DNA from: a virus
IMG/VR virus record: IMGVR_UViG_3300035698_022475
Location: 32,001-96,000 of that record
Length of the DNA stretch: 64,000 nt
Reading direction: 5' to 3' (one strand)
The notes beneath the pieces are model-generated. The model was not told where the DNA came from. It saw only the letters and a program-made list of their open reading frames with translations, and ran no database searches. Shown here in pieces: positions 27,126 to 36,440 of the stretch (its first letter is position 1; every line of letters begins with the position of its first letter). A program made the translations under genes and the position numbers.

Positions 27126-29327
27126 ATGAGATGTTCCAAGTGCTCTAATGTCATTCACTATGTGGACATGCCGAACAAGGACGACCTGGTCTGTACCGTG
27201 TGTAGAAACCCTATGGTTCCTACTGCACAGGACGTGCTCCAGGATGGCATGTTCAAGATCGCTCGGGAAATTCGCCCAACTCAAGTGGAGCTGTCCCAAG
27301 ATGTAGAGCGCATCTTTCGGAAGAGGGACGGCGCAACTCTCCTGGCCGAGGGCGGTACTGGAATAGGCAAAAGCTTCGCGTATCTTATTCCTGCGCTCTT
27401 GAGTAGCAACTCTGGGCGCATCGTCATTTCGACGGCCAAGAAAGCGCTACAACACCAGCTCGCCGGAAGCGCCAGCAAGCCGGGCGATATTCCTTTTCTG
27501 CTCGAGAAGATGAATGTACGTCGTAAATTCGCCCTCTACAAAGGGAACGGCAACTACGCTTGTTGGCATCTCGAAGAAGAAGTGCCCAAGGGTATAGAAC
27601 GAGAATCGTATAAGAACTTCATTCAAATCAGTCGCGGTACTGGTACTCCCGCTGACCTTGCCAACTGGCCCGGGGCCAAGCCTTTCTGGTGGTATAAAAT
27701 CACTGTCGAGAACTGTGTGAGGCGCAATAGCTGCCCCGATGCAAGTAAATGCCGCGTAAGTCCCAAGGACTTCGACATTCTCGTGGTCAACCACCACATC
27801 CTATCCATAGACCTCCTCAGCAGTGAGGGACTTCCCGGAAGATTATTAGGCTCCTACGATACCCTGATCATAGACGAAGCTCACAATCTCCCTGACGCAT
27901 TTCGCTCCATTCACACTCAGAGCATCTCTCCGACCTACGTCGAAAAACAGAAGTCCAAATTCAAGAAGGACAATGCCACACACAGCGTACTGGCAGACAG
28001 CGGCATCACAACAACAAAGAACGTGCTGAACAAGTTCGACGACCTCGAGAGTGCTGTCAACACGCTGCTACTTGCGGCCCACAAAGCGGCAGAAGACCAG
28101 AATGGTACCATCAGTGATACCGCCCCCCTGTTGGCGTCCTTCGTAGCCGTAAACGCAGCTCTCGTCTCGATCACGCAGACCATGAATTTCATCTTCGAGT
28201 ACGCGGAGAAAGTCTACGCCAACAATCAAACATTCTCTGACAGCACTACAACCCCTGGAAAGCTACACGCCGTAATGGCTCGAGTAAAGAGGCACTCGCG
28301 CTCACTGGTGCGGGTACAAGCTCTCCTGAAGGAGATCGAACACGAAGCTACATTTGAGGACCACGTACCGCGTGGGAAGTTTCTGGTCATCTTCAACGAA
28401 GAAGGTTTGCACGCCAAACCGCTGATGGTCGGGGAGCTACTGGCACCTCCTATGCAGTGGATGCGTCACAAAATAATTACATCAGCGACACTCGCACAGG
28501 GAGGCAACTTCGAATACACGAAGTCTTTGTTCGGGGTAGACGAGGCTGTAGAGCGAATCTACGACAGTCCTTTCGACGCCAAAACACAGTCAGTACTCTA
28601 CATGCCTACCGACATCATCACACCCCAACATCAGGGCACCGAACAGCGGGATGAGTGGATCGAGGCCATCTCAGAAGAGATTTACCGTATCACCACCGAA
28701 CTCGATGGAAACGTCTTCGTACTATTCTCCGCGCGGGGAGATATGAATGAAGTAGAAGCGTATGTGGGCGCCCGTATCCGGGCTGCAGGACTCAACCTTG
28801 TGGTACAGGAAGATAACGCCGACCACACCGAATCGGAATACCGCAACAATCCTCGAAGTGTGCTCTTCGGACTGAAGAGTTTCTGGGAGGGAGTAGACAT
28901 TCCCGGCGACAAGCTGCGGGGGATCATCATTCCCAAACTGCCTTTTCCTTACGTCGGAGACCCCATCATGCGGGCTCTCGACAAGAAACTGGGAAGAGAG
29001 TTCTTCCCCAAGATCTACATCCCTCTCATGATGATTGACCTCAAGCAGGGAATAGGGCGCCTCCTGCGGTCCAAAGACGACCGCGGACTTCTGGCTATCC
29101 TGGATCCTCGTGCCTGGACAGGCTCGTCCAAGAAGCACAAAAGCATCATGATCAAGATCAAGGCAGCCCTTGAGGCCGAGTGGGATGGCAAGTACGGAGG
29201 AGAAAAGTTTTACGGTTACGGACGTCTCATCTCGACCGACCTTAACCAGGTGAACGTTACAAACGACTTTACAACAGCGATCTCGTTTGTTAAACAACTG
29301 TTAACAGGCGTTAAACACGTACCGTAA
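27126..29327 (+). CDS. dinG: DinG/YoaA family ATP-dependent helicase with N-terminal Zn ribbon
   Basis: RPTQ Q-motif, EGGTGIGKSFAYL, DEAH, TSATL, SFWEGVDIPG, KLPF, QGIGRLLRS; Fe-S cysteines. Confidence 0.92.
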   Translation: MRCSKCSNVIHYVDMPNKDDLVCTVCRNPMVPTAQDVLQDGMFKIAREIRPTQVELSQDVERIFRKRDGATLLAEGGTGIGKSFAYLIPALLSSNSGRIVISTAKKALQHQLAGSASKPGDIPFLLEKMNVRRKFALYKGNGNYACWHLEEEVPKGIERESYKNFIQISRGTGTPADLANWPGAKPFWWYKITVENCVRRNSCPDASKCRVSPKDFDILVVNHHILSIDLLSSEGLPGRLLGSYDTLIIDEAHNLPDAFRSIHTQSISPTYVEKQKSKFKKDNATHSVLADSGITTTKNVLNKFDDLESAVNTLLLAAHKAAEDQNGTISDTAPLLASFVAVNAALVSITQTMNFIFEYAEKVYANNQTFSDSTTTPGKLHAVMARVKRHSRSLVRVQALLKEIEHEATFEDHVPRGKFLVIFNEEGLHAKPLMVGELLAPPMQWMRHKIITSATLAQGGNFEYTKSLFGVDEAVERIYDSPFDAKTQSVLYMPTDIITPQHQGTEQRDEWIEAISEEIYRITTELDGNVFVLFSARGDMNEVEAYVGARIRAAGLNLVVQEDNADHTESEYRNNPRSVLFGLKSFWEGVDIPGDKLRGIIIPKLPFPYVGDPIMRALDKKLGREFFPKIYIPLMMIDLKQGIGRLLRSKDDRGLLAILDPRAWTGSSKKHKSIMIKIKAALEAEWDGKYGGEKFYGYGRLISTDLNQVNVTNDFTTAISFVKQLLTGVKHVP

Positions 29328-29338
29328 AGGAGAAATAA

Positions 29339-29494
29339 ATGCCACGTCGCTCCGGAAGTAAAGTTGTTCCGTGTCCTACCAAGAAGTGTTCGGGAAAAAT
29401 CGTTGCGGTCCCCTCCGAGAGCGGGACGTGTAGCCAGTGCGGAGCCAAGCTCCGAGTCACTAAGAAACTCCTTCGTGAACTCGGAAAACTGTAG
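29339..29494 (+). CDS. 51-aa zinc-ribbon protein (below ORF-track cut-off)
   Basis: AAAGGAG RBS; MPRRSGSKVVPCPTKKCSG...CSQCGAKL. Confidence 0.7.
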   Translation: MPRRSGSKVVPCPTKKCSGKIVAVPSESGTCSQCGAKLRVTKKLLRELGKL

Positions 29495-29517
29495 CCGCGA
29501 TTTCCGCGCCTCCGGAA

Positions 29518-29550
29518 AGGGCAGTCTGTAATCGGCTGCCCTTTCTTTTT
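29518..29550 (+). terminator. Intrinsic terminator
   Basis: AGGGCAGTC/GGCTGCCCT hairpin followed by TTCTTTTT. Confidence 0.7.
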
Positions 29551-29587
29551 GTTGACAACCCTGTTTAAGTAGCGAAAACATGGATAC

Positions 29588-30016
29588 ATGGCAATCTTCA
29601 TCGGAATAGCGGTTAAGGAATACGATGAAAAATTCGTCGCAGCGGCTACTGCCTGGTTTGCCAACACTCCCGTCTTCAATATTACGGGAATGACGCTGGA
29701 CTACATGCGCGAGAAACTCCTCTCTGTCGTCATTATTGAAAACTCCAACAAACTAAAAGCAATCAGCGCAGCTACCAATAGAACCCTCGAGAAACTTTTC
29801 GTCCGCCGTATTATTCCGTTGCCGCGTACTGACGGGAGTGACGTTATCCTCTTCGTTCCTCCAAGCCTAAAAAAACAAGAGTTCCCTACCGTATCCCGCG
29901 TCGAAACCAAACACTGGCTGGTACGAGGTGCTCGTCGCGCCCTTGCGGAATGGATAGGAGCAGAGAATGCCCGAAAACAAAAACGTCGCAAGAGAACACC
30001 TAAGCGCCCACATTGA
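29588..30016 (+). CDS. Hypothetical protein
   Basis: Co-oriented ORF after terminator, TTGACA upstream. Confidence 0.55.
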   Translation: MAIFIGIAVKEYDEKFVAAATAWFANTPVFNITGMTLDYMREKLLSVVIIENSNKLKAISAATNRTLEKLFVRRIIPLPRTDGSDVILFVPPSLKKQEFPTVSRVETKHWLVRGARRALAEWIGAENARKQKRRKRTPKRPH

Positions 30017-30206
30017 CTCAACCGTCTGTGGAAAATGCCGCCAACCCTTCTCGAAAGGGGACCGCGTCACTATCGCACATATCGTAGCGGACATCGGGAT
30101 CGACGCCGCCACGTTCCGTAAAGGAACCACTATGGCTGGAGAATATGAGGTCGTTCACGTTAATTGCCGCGATACACTACTCGTGAAGGGACTGCGCGAT
30201 GCCTAA
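29967..30206 (+). CDS. Small zinc-binding protein (CxxC...HxxC)
   Basis: AGGAG RBS; CGKC and HVNC. Confidence 0.6.
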   Translation: MPENKNVAREHLSAHIDSTVCGKCRQPFSKGDRVTIAHIVADIGIDAATFRKGTTMAGEYEVVHVNCRDTLLVKGLRDA

Positions 30207-30651
30207 AGGGATTGTAAACCCTTTCTATGACCCTCCTAAACACGTAGACCCTCATGCGATTCCCGTCCAACACGAGGGTGCAACCCAGCGTGAGGCACCT
30301 CTCCCTTCTGAGGAGAGTCATACTCACGTAGATCTGGACGGTGACTCGTACGTCGTACGATTTCACCGAGTAAGTGACGTTCGTGCCATCGTGCGAAAAA
30401 TTCTCGATCTAATCTACGGTGTAAAAAAGGAGCACGAATCCGAGCTAGAAACTTATGGAATTTACTATGAAGAACGCCCTCAGACATGGACACTACAGGA
30501 CTCCGACGGCCGAGCTTTTTTTGTCGCCGTACCTGAAGAAGCAAGCGAAGTAGACGTTTACAGACGTTTAGGATATGCTCTCCTCAGGTTAAAAACCAAA
30601 ATAGAACCTACGCTCAAAAAGATGAGCATTACCGTAATGGAAAGGGGTTAG
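30199..30651 (+). CDS. Hypothetical protein
   Basis: Overlapping start/stop with upstream gene. Confidence 0.55.
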   Translation: MPKGIVNPFYDPPKHVDPHAIPVQHEGATQREAPLPSEESHTHVDLDGDSYVVRFHRVSDVRAIVRKILDLIYGVKKEHESELETYGIYYEERPQTWTLQDSDGRAFFVAVPEEASEVDVYRRLGYALLRLKTKIEPTLKKMSITVMERG

Positions 30652-30654
30652 AAA

Positions 30655-30918
30655 ATGAATCGCACTCCTTGTGGTCAGTGTGAAAAATATTGGGCAATAC
30701 AAAAAGGATTGCGCGGGGGTGAGACCACTCCCCTCACACGCGGGCACTGCCTCGCACGCTCGCGCTACCCTAAAAACAAACCCGGTAGCCCTGTATTTCC
30801 CCCGGGAGCCAAGATTGTCGATCTTCCCAACAACGTCGCAGACCTCGTCGTAGTTCATGAAAAACAGGTAGTCACGACCTGCCAAGACGTCGCACCCAAA
30901 GGAGGGAAGAAGAAATGA
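30655..30918 (+). CDS. Cys-rich hypothetical protein
   Basis: CGQC...GHC...C pattern. Confidence 0.55.
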   Translation: MNRTPCGQCEKYWAIQKGLRGGETTPLTRGHCLARSRYPKNKPGSPVFPPGAKIVDLPNNVADLVVVHEKQVVTTCQDVAPKGGKKK

Positions 30919-31256
30919 TAACCAAGGAAGTTCGCGTCCCTGACGGTAAGGGAGGATGGAAAACAACGCAGGCAACTCCAGTAGCAGGACAAACTCAGGA
31001 TTCTGAGAAGGTTGATAATGCGATGCAGAAGGCCCAGGAGGATGACTTCTATATCCGAGTAGGCTCCTTCACGGAACACCTGAACCAGCTCATCAAGATC
31101 TACGGGCAAGAGTATAACCTGACCGCCGCTGAAGTCGCTGCTAGTGTCTTCCTTGAGAATTGCAACATCCGTGAGACTTACCCCGAAGGCCACTCCGAGC
31201 ACGACAAAGTTTGCGAGGCCGTGGCTGCCTGGTTCGAGCGCAACAAAAACTCCTAG
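30915..31256 (+). CDS. Hypothetical protein
   Basis: ATGA overlap with upstream gene. Confidence 0.6.
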   Translation: MITKEVRVPDGKGGWKTTQATPVAGQTQDSEKVDNAMQKAQEDDFYIRVGSFTEHLNQLIKIYGQEYNLTAAEVAASVFLENCNIRETYPEGHSEHDKVCEAVAAWFERNKNS

Positions 31257-31400
31257 CTGCGTGGTAAAAGAAGATCCGAAGTCCTACATGTAGGAGCTTC
31301 ACTCCCATTCCCCGCAGTAGCTACATCCGGTATAATTTAGCATTCCCCTACAGGTTGAGTCGTACCCTAGACCCGCGTCTCGACAAGGAGGTTAGAAGTA

Positions 31401-32219
31401 ATGGCTGGTGAGGAAGTAAGTATCTGGAAGACCCTGACGGCACTATTATTGTTGTTCGTCGTAACGTCTACTAACGGCCTAGTATATGGAAACGAGGTTG
31501 CCCCGCCCAATACGGATGGACCACACTCAGTAGGAGTCACGGTAGATCCTCCCATCTACCCTCTCAACCCCTACGAATGGGAAGAATTAGCGCGGTACAT
31601 CTACCGCTACAAGACCAAACGCGATGGGGGAATCTGGAACATCTGTGGCCACTCTCTATCTAAGGAGGAGATGAAAGAAGCGGCCCTTCAATACTCTAAA
31701 GAACTTCTCATAGCCCATCACACAACCACATACCCCATTAGACGGGGAGGTGTCAGGTACGAGGTGAAGGTGCCCTTGAAGGGTGTCCTCGGTACAATGA
31801 TGTCGGAGTCTCGACTCGACTATTGTGCCTTGGGGCCGAATCCCCGTAAGTGGGCCTACAAACACGGACTGCTAGAGAAGAATCCCGAAGGGCAGCGCGG
31901 AACCCCGAGCTACTCAAAAGAAAACATCCTGGCAGTTCTGAATCACCCTAAATGGAGAAAACGCCTCGCAGACCTGGGATTAGGTCAAATGGTGTGGGGC
32001 AGAAACAAGAAGGCGATCTACAAAGGAGATCCTGAAGACCTTCTCTCCCTTCGTCCCGGCGTCAAAAAAGTATTTGAAGAAATGGCTGATCGCGGACGAC
32101 GAAAGAATTCTCGACGTCCCTGGGAGTACTGGCCCGGTGAGCGGCGCCATATCTGGTACGATGTTCGAATAACACGGTTTGAAAGGGCGATCTTTTTTCC
32201 GCCTTTGAAAAATTTCTAA
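31401..32219 (+). CDS. Signal-peptide/anchor-bearing lytic transglycosylase-like protein (candidate endolysin)
   Basis: AAGGAGG RBS; hydrophobic N-terminus; MSESRL (catalytic Glu-Ser) and DLGLGQ (GLMQ-like) motifs. Confidence 0.55.
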   Translation: MAGEEVSIWKTLTALLLLFVVTSTNGLVYGNEVAPPNTDGPHSVGVTVDPPIYPLNPYEWEELARYIYRYKTKRDGGIWNICGHSLSKEEMKEAALQYSKELLIAHHTTTYPIRRGGVRYEVKVPLKGVLGTMMSESRLDYCALGPNPRKWAYKHGLLEKNPEGQRGTPSYSKENILAVLNHPKWRKRLADLGLGQMVWGRNKKAIYKGDPEDLLSLRPGVKKVFEEMADRGRRKNSRRPWEYWPGERRHIWYDVRITRFERAIFFPPLKNF

Positions 32220-32223
32220 CAAC

Positions 32224-32810
32224 TCACTAGGACCATAAAGATGGAGCCGTAGTTACTACGGTATTAGCGCATCTCACTTCGTGAGATCCGAGGACCGACC
32301 CGATCTGATATCTCATCATAATCACACTCCGTAACCCTCAGCTAGTGAATGTTGGGGAGCACCCGCTCTCCACTGGGAGCCTTCTTTTCAGGCGCCGTAG
32401 TTACTACGGTATACGCTCGCCTGTCTTCGACAGGACCGCGGGGCCTAGGAGTCCTCGAGCACGCCCGGAGCTGCTCCAGGACTGCAGTCCCATCCCTTAG
32501 CCAGTGGACGAGAAAATGCAACAGTGTTGGGAAACAAACTAAGTGCGTCCGAAGTTACTTCGGAATACCCTCACGTGTCTTCGACACGAGGCAATCGCCG
32601 CGGTTCTCGTGGTAATTGCCGGCGCCCGGCCAGGCAGGCCAGGCACCACCCCAAGCCAACACAATAAAACTTAATGAGAAACCCGCATGGGTTACCCGAA
32701 GCTACTTCGGGGTTCAGCCCTCCGGGGCGCGTTCGAATGGACGTGCGCCCCGAGCTGGCGGAGGGCCCTCGAGCTGCAAGATGAGCCTCCCTCAGTCATT
32801 AAGTTTTATT
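32224..32810 (+). ncRNA. Tandem array of four structured non-coding units (125-148 nt) of unknown class
   Basis: Each unit closed by its own inverted repeat and carrying GA, a CCGWAG-YTA-CTWCGG hairpin and CCCYHAG at equivalent positions; G-U pairs favour a + strand RNA. Confidence 0.65.
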
Positions 32811-32862
32811 TTGTCTTCAGCGTTAAACTCTGTTAACGTCTATAAAACTCTAAGAGGAGCAA

Positions 32863-33249
32863 ATGAGCCATACGTTCCAAGAAGGAAAAGAACAACTTGT
32901 TGGTCACCTGGAGACAGATACAGGGACCATCCTCCTCACTGACGGCATTTGGAATTCAGACATCCCGAGTGCCGACCAAAAGAGGGTCTTCCTCAACCTC
33001 GGAACCCAGCAGGTACGTATTCCAGTTTACGGCGTAATTCGAAATCGACGGCGCTACCTTATATTAGACATTGATGCTGCGGTTCCTAATGACCGGGATA
33101 AACAACAAGGCCTTGTCGCTGTAGAGGATGTTGTCATCCCCGATGAGGAACCTGGTCCCTCTTTCGAAAACCAAGAGATTCCATTCTCCATGGTCGATTT
33201 CCCTCAGTCCCCCGACGATAAGGACGAAGACGAGGAGCCAGCAGGATGA
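32863..33249 (+). CDS. Hypothetical protein with acidic tail
   Basis: GAGGAG RBS. Confidence 0.6.
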   Translation: MSHTFQEGKEQLVGHLETDTGTILLTDGIWNSDIPSADQKRVFLNLGTQQVRIPVYGVIRNRRRYLILDIDAAVPNDRDKQQGLVAVEDVVIPDEEPGPSFENQEIPFSMVDFPQSPDDKDEDEEPAG

Positions 33250-33839
33250 TTGTAGGAATCTGTGGTCCTATCAATTCCGGCAAAGACACTGTTGCAGACA
33301 TCCTCTGTAATGAGTTCAACTTCTTGCGTGTAGCATTTGCTGATTCACTAAAAGACTTTTGTTTGAGAATGTTCCCTGACATCTTGGATGAGGAAACTCT
33401 GTGGGGGCCGAGCGAAAAACGTACCCCTAAGTGTCGGCACCTACTCCAACAACTTGGAACCGACGTAGCACGACAATTCGACCCTGACGTCTGGGTAAAA
33501 CACACTATGAATCGAATAGGCCTATTACAGCATCAAGGACTTGACGCTTTAGGCAGGCACTTACCCACGAAACCAAATAGGTCCATCGTGGTTTCTGACG
33601 TACGATTCCTTAATGAGGCTGAAGGAATACGGGCGCAAGGAGGGTTTCTTCTCTCTATCACACGCCCTGACAACTACGACTTAGTGAACACCGAACAAGC
33701 CGCGCGCACCCACAAATCCGAGACATCCATTTTTGAAATTCCTCCAGAACTCTTTACCGACCACATCGTAAACAATAAAACACTTGAAGACTTACGGATT
33801 CAAACCCAAGAAGTCCTGCTGGGGTTACTAAAGCCATGA
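33246..33839 (+). CDS. Deoxynucleoside monophosphate kinase (T4 gp1-like)
   Basis: IVGICG...SGKDT, AFADSLK, R.LLQ.LGTD..R, VSDVRF.NEA, H.SE motifs. Confidence 0.9.
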   Translation: MIVGICGPINSGKDTVADILCNEFNFLRVAFADSLKDFCLRMFPDILDEETLWGPSEKRTPKCRHLLQQLGTDVARQFDPDVWVKHTMNRIGLLQHQGLDALGRHLPTKPNRSIVVSDVRFLNEAEGIRAQGGFLLSITRPDNYDLVNTEQAARTHKSETSIFEIPPELFTDHIVNNKTLEDLRIQTQEVLLGLLKP

Positions 33840-34258
33840 CAGACTACGAACTACCTGAAGACCCTGACAATGGTCAGATTTACGAACTCCCAGAGGGGAA
33901 TACCGACAACTACTCTGGAATCATTGCTCTCTACTACGAGGGCGCCTGTATTGGGTACACCGAGAAAATAGAAACCGTTCCGAACATTAGTGGGATGACC
34001 GAACTGGGTCGTACAGTGCTTTCTACACGCCTGTTGAAAGACGCGTATATTACGGCCCAGTTCGAGGTCATCCCCATTCGTTCCTTGATCTTTGTCAATT
34101 TTTTTGGTTGGCAAGCATGTAAATATGCTGAAGAAGTACGTATTGACTGGCGTAAGAATTTCAAGGTACTACACGCAGTAGAAATCCCCAACCGACCAGG
34201 TACGCAGATAATCTGTGAAAAGATTTGCGTTAAAAAAACCAAGGAGATCCTACAATGA
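33836..34258 (+). CDS. Hypothetical protein
   Basis: ATGA-coupled ORF. Confidence 0.55.
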   Translation: MTDYELPEDPDNGQIYELPEGNTDNYSGIIALYYEGACIGYTEKIETVPNISGMTELGRTVLSTRLLKDAYITAQFEVIPIRSLIFVNFFGWQACKYAEEVRIDWRKNFKVLHAVEIPNRPGTQIICEKICVKKTKEILQ

Positions 34259-35073
34259 CTCAGGGCAGACTACCCCCCGGCATGATGCGACAAGGCACCC
34301 CCATTCTCGGCGGACCACCGCCCCAGCAGCAACAGGCTCCTCCCACGAAGCCGTCCTTCGCCGAGGCCAACCCCATTCCTCACGGACCCAAAGGGATGCA
34401 GACTCTTCGTGCGGTTTCCGATTGTGAAATTGTCAAGGAAGCTGAGGCTTTCAAGAACGTTATTCCCAAGCTCCAGTACCTCAATGCGGATATCGAGGAT
34501 CTTCTGGAACTCTACGGCCAGGGAGTTTCAACTATCGTCGGCGCAGACCACTACTGCAATCGCCACACCAGTACCCGTACCGCCGTCACGTTTTCCGAAG
34601 ACCCCACACTCGACCAGATCCACAAGGACTTGCAGAGCACCGTACAAGAACTGCAGGAACTGATGCAAAAAATGGGGGAACTGCGACAGAAGGCCGGAGT
34701 ACTCAACGAGAAGAGATGGGAACACTCGGTCAAAGTCATGGGGCTCAATCCCGAGGAACGCTTCTACCGCATAGACGAAGAGAAGGGTATCATTGAGCAA
34801 GTGGATCTCAAGTGCCGCGAGTGCAAGGGTGCTACCCGAGCCCGGAAGCTGCGCCAAGAGCTGACGGACAAACTCATGCGCTTAGAATACGTCAAAGAGG
34901 AGGAACCCAAAGATGACGGACCAGGAACAAGAAGTGATGAGCCAGAGCCACAGAGCGAAGGTTCTGGAGAAGACGGAGAAGCCAGCGTTCAAGAGCAAGA
35001 AGTTTCTGGCATGGCTGCTCCAGCAGATCATGATGACGGCGATGGCGATAACGGCTCTGGTGAAACAGCCTGA
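34255..35073 (+). CDS. Coiled-coil protein with Pro/Gln-rich N-terminus
   Basis: AAGGAG RBS; heptad segment; CREC motif. Confidence 0.6.
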   Translation: MTQGRLPPGMMRQGTPILGGPPPQQQQAPPTKPSFAEANPIPHGPKGMQTLRAVSDCEIVKEAEAFKNVIPKLQYLNADIEDLLELYGQGVSTIVGADHYCNRHTSTRTAVTFSEDPTLDQIHKDLQSTVQELQELMQKMGELRQKAGVLNEKRWEHSVKVMGLNPEERFYRIDEEKGIIEQVDLKCRECKGATRARKLRQELTDKLMRLEYVKEEEPKDDGPGTRSDEPEPQSEGSGEDGEASVQEQEVSGMAAPADHDDGDGDNGSGETA

Positions 35074-35284
35074 GCTGGGATGGCCTCTTGCCGCGTTCAT
35101 GTGCGGCATCGTCTTCATGATGGGTATCAGTACCATGTGGTACCTGGGCAAGCAGGCCGCCGCCGACATCGCGGTCAGAGGCTACGCGATGGTGGGGAAG
35201 GTCGCGGGACTCGCAGGTACCGCAGTAGAGGCCCTCAAACCAAAAGAAGACGAGGGGGATATAGGCCCCCCGCCTTCTGAGTAG
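34913..35284 (+). CDS. Two-TM membrane protein, holin-like
   Basis: GAGGAGG RBS; KSKKFL followed by two hydrophobic helices. Confidence 0.5.
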   Translation: MTDQEQEVMSQSHRAKVLEKTEKPAFKSKKFLAWLLQQIMMTAMAITALVKQPELGWPLAAFMCGIVFMMGISTMWYLGKQAAADIAVRGYAMVGKVAGLAGTAVEALKPKEDEGDIGPPPSE

Positions 35285-36439
35285 CTACTCCGCGATGCCG
35301 TTCAAGGCCTCGTAGACTCCATCCAGTTCTTCTTCTGCATCTGAGTACGAAGCAACCAGGGCCTCATCATGGCCCCGGCAGTCGTCCCTCTTGGTCCGGA
35401 GGCTGAGAACTACCAGTCCCAGGTGGTCTCGAAGCTCCTGGAGGCTCCAGGACTCCGCCTGGGCCTTCCTGTCGAGCGCCAGGGGCCCTTCCTCCGTCTC
35501 GATGTAGCTCGAGAGGTGTTCCCAGTCCGTCTGGAAGCCTGCGGCCCCCCTGTGGCCTCCTCCGGACTTGCTGGGGCCCTCATAGCCGAGTTGCTTGGCC
35601 AGCGCGCTACAATCGATCTTGGGGTTCTCTGTAAAGAGCGTAACACGCCAGAATTTTCCTTTGACGTGAGTGTACGCAACCATCAAATCAATGCCCGACA
35701 GATCATGGACCCGCGCAAACATCAGGCTGTTGGCGTGGCTCAGATTGGCGATGACCGCCGAATGGCCGGCGAACTTCCCTCGGTAGGAGGTAACCCCCAA
35801 CATGGAGTCTTCCTTCCGGGTTTGATACCGGCGCATCACCGAACCCTGCCCGATCAGGTTCCCGAGTTGTCCCCGAGTCTGCACTCCAGTAGAATCCTGC
35901 AGCGCCGTCTCCAGGAGATTGAACCAGAATGTAATATTCTTGTGAGGTCGAGTATCTAAGGAGAAGAGGTACGTCTGAAGCGGCAACACCTCGTGCTCCC
36001 ACTTTGCTTCGTCGTCTCGTCGGAACGTATCCCAGGTGCCAATAAGGTCCAGGAGCTGCGGCATCTTCTCCTTCGGGAAGAAATACTTCCATGTCAGTTC
36101 ACACCCGGACAAGGAGATGGAGCGCTTCCCTGAGATCTCCTCGAGTCCAAAGTCTTTCTCACAGTCGATACTGGTCTGGTGGTGGTCTATCCAGACCATG
36201 CGCTCGCCTACCTGACGACACATTTCTGCCATCTGCTCGTACGGTTGCAGGCAGAAGTCCACGACGTACACCATGTCCTCATCGTAGTTGACGTTCTGGT
36301 CAGTCAGCTTCAGCCCGTTATTGATTCGCAAGAAGTGAATATCCGAGGAGGGTACCCCGCGCTTAACGAGGGCCAGGTAAACCACGGCTGCAGCCGCGTG
36401 TCCGTCGGAGTCCACGTGGTGAATGATGTGATGTTGCAT
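35285..36439 (-). CDS. DHH/DHHA1 family phosphoesterase
   Basis: H.D.DG, VDF, WIDHH and GGGH..AAG motifs. Confidence 0.9.
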   Translation of the reverse strand: MQHHIIHHVDSDGHAAAAVVYLALVKRGVPSSDIHFLRINNGLKLTDQNVNYDEDMVYVVDFCLQPYEQMAEMCRQVGERMVWIDHHQTSIDCEKDFGLEEISGKRSISLSGCELTWKYFFPKEKMPQLLDLIGTWDTFRRDDEAKWEHEVLPLQTYLFSLDTRPHKNITFWFNLLETALQDSTGVQTRGQLGNLIGQGSVMRRYQTRKEDSMLGVTSYRGKFAGHSAVIANLSHANSLMFARVHDLSGIDLMVAYTHVKGKFWRVTLFTENPKIDCSALAKQLGYEGPSKSGGGHRGAAGFQTDWEHLSSYIETEEGPLALDRKAQAESWSLQELRDHLGLVVLSLRTKRDDCRGHDEALVASYSDAEEELDGVYEALNGIAE

Positions 36440-36440
36440 G

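Noticed and set aside
32224-32810. Suppressor tRNAs (TTA/CTA loop triplets, 5' half resembles a cloverleaf)
   Set aside because: No T-arm next to the acceptor strand, no canonical U33/purine-37 loop, no CCA; the stem pairs right up to the triplet
32224-32810. CRISPR array
   Set aside because: Conserved element is only about 15 bp, the period is about 150 bp, the intervening sequence is itself structured, and there are no cas genes in the window
32224-32810. Hammerhead ribozymes on the minus strand (stem-CUGAGGG...UC-stem)
   Set aside because: CUGANGA is not conserved (CTAAGGG, CTTGGGG), the GAAA core is absent, and G-U pairs favour the plus strand
32349-32942. ORFs 32349-32615 and 32616-32942 as proteins
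   Set aside because: No RBS or protein-like features; they overlie the structured repeat units
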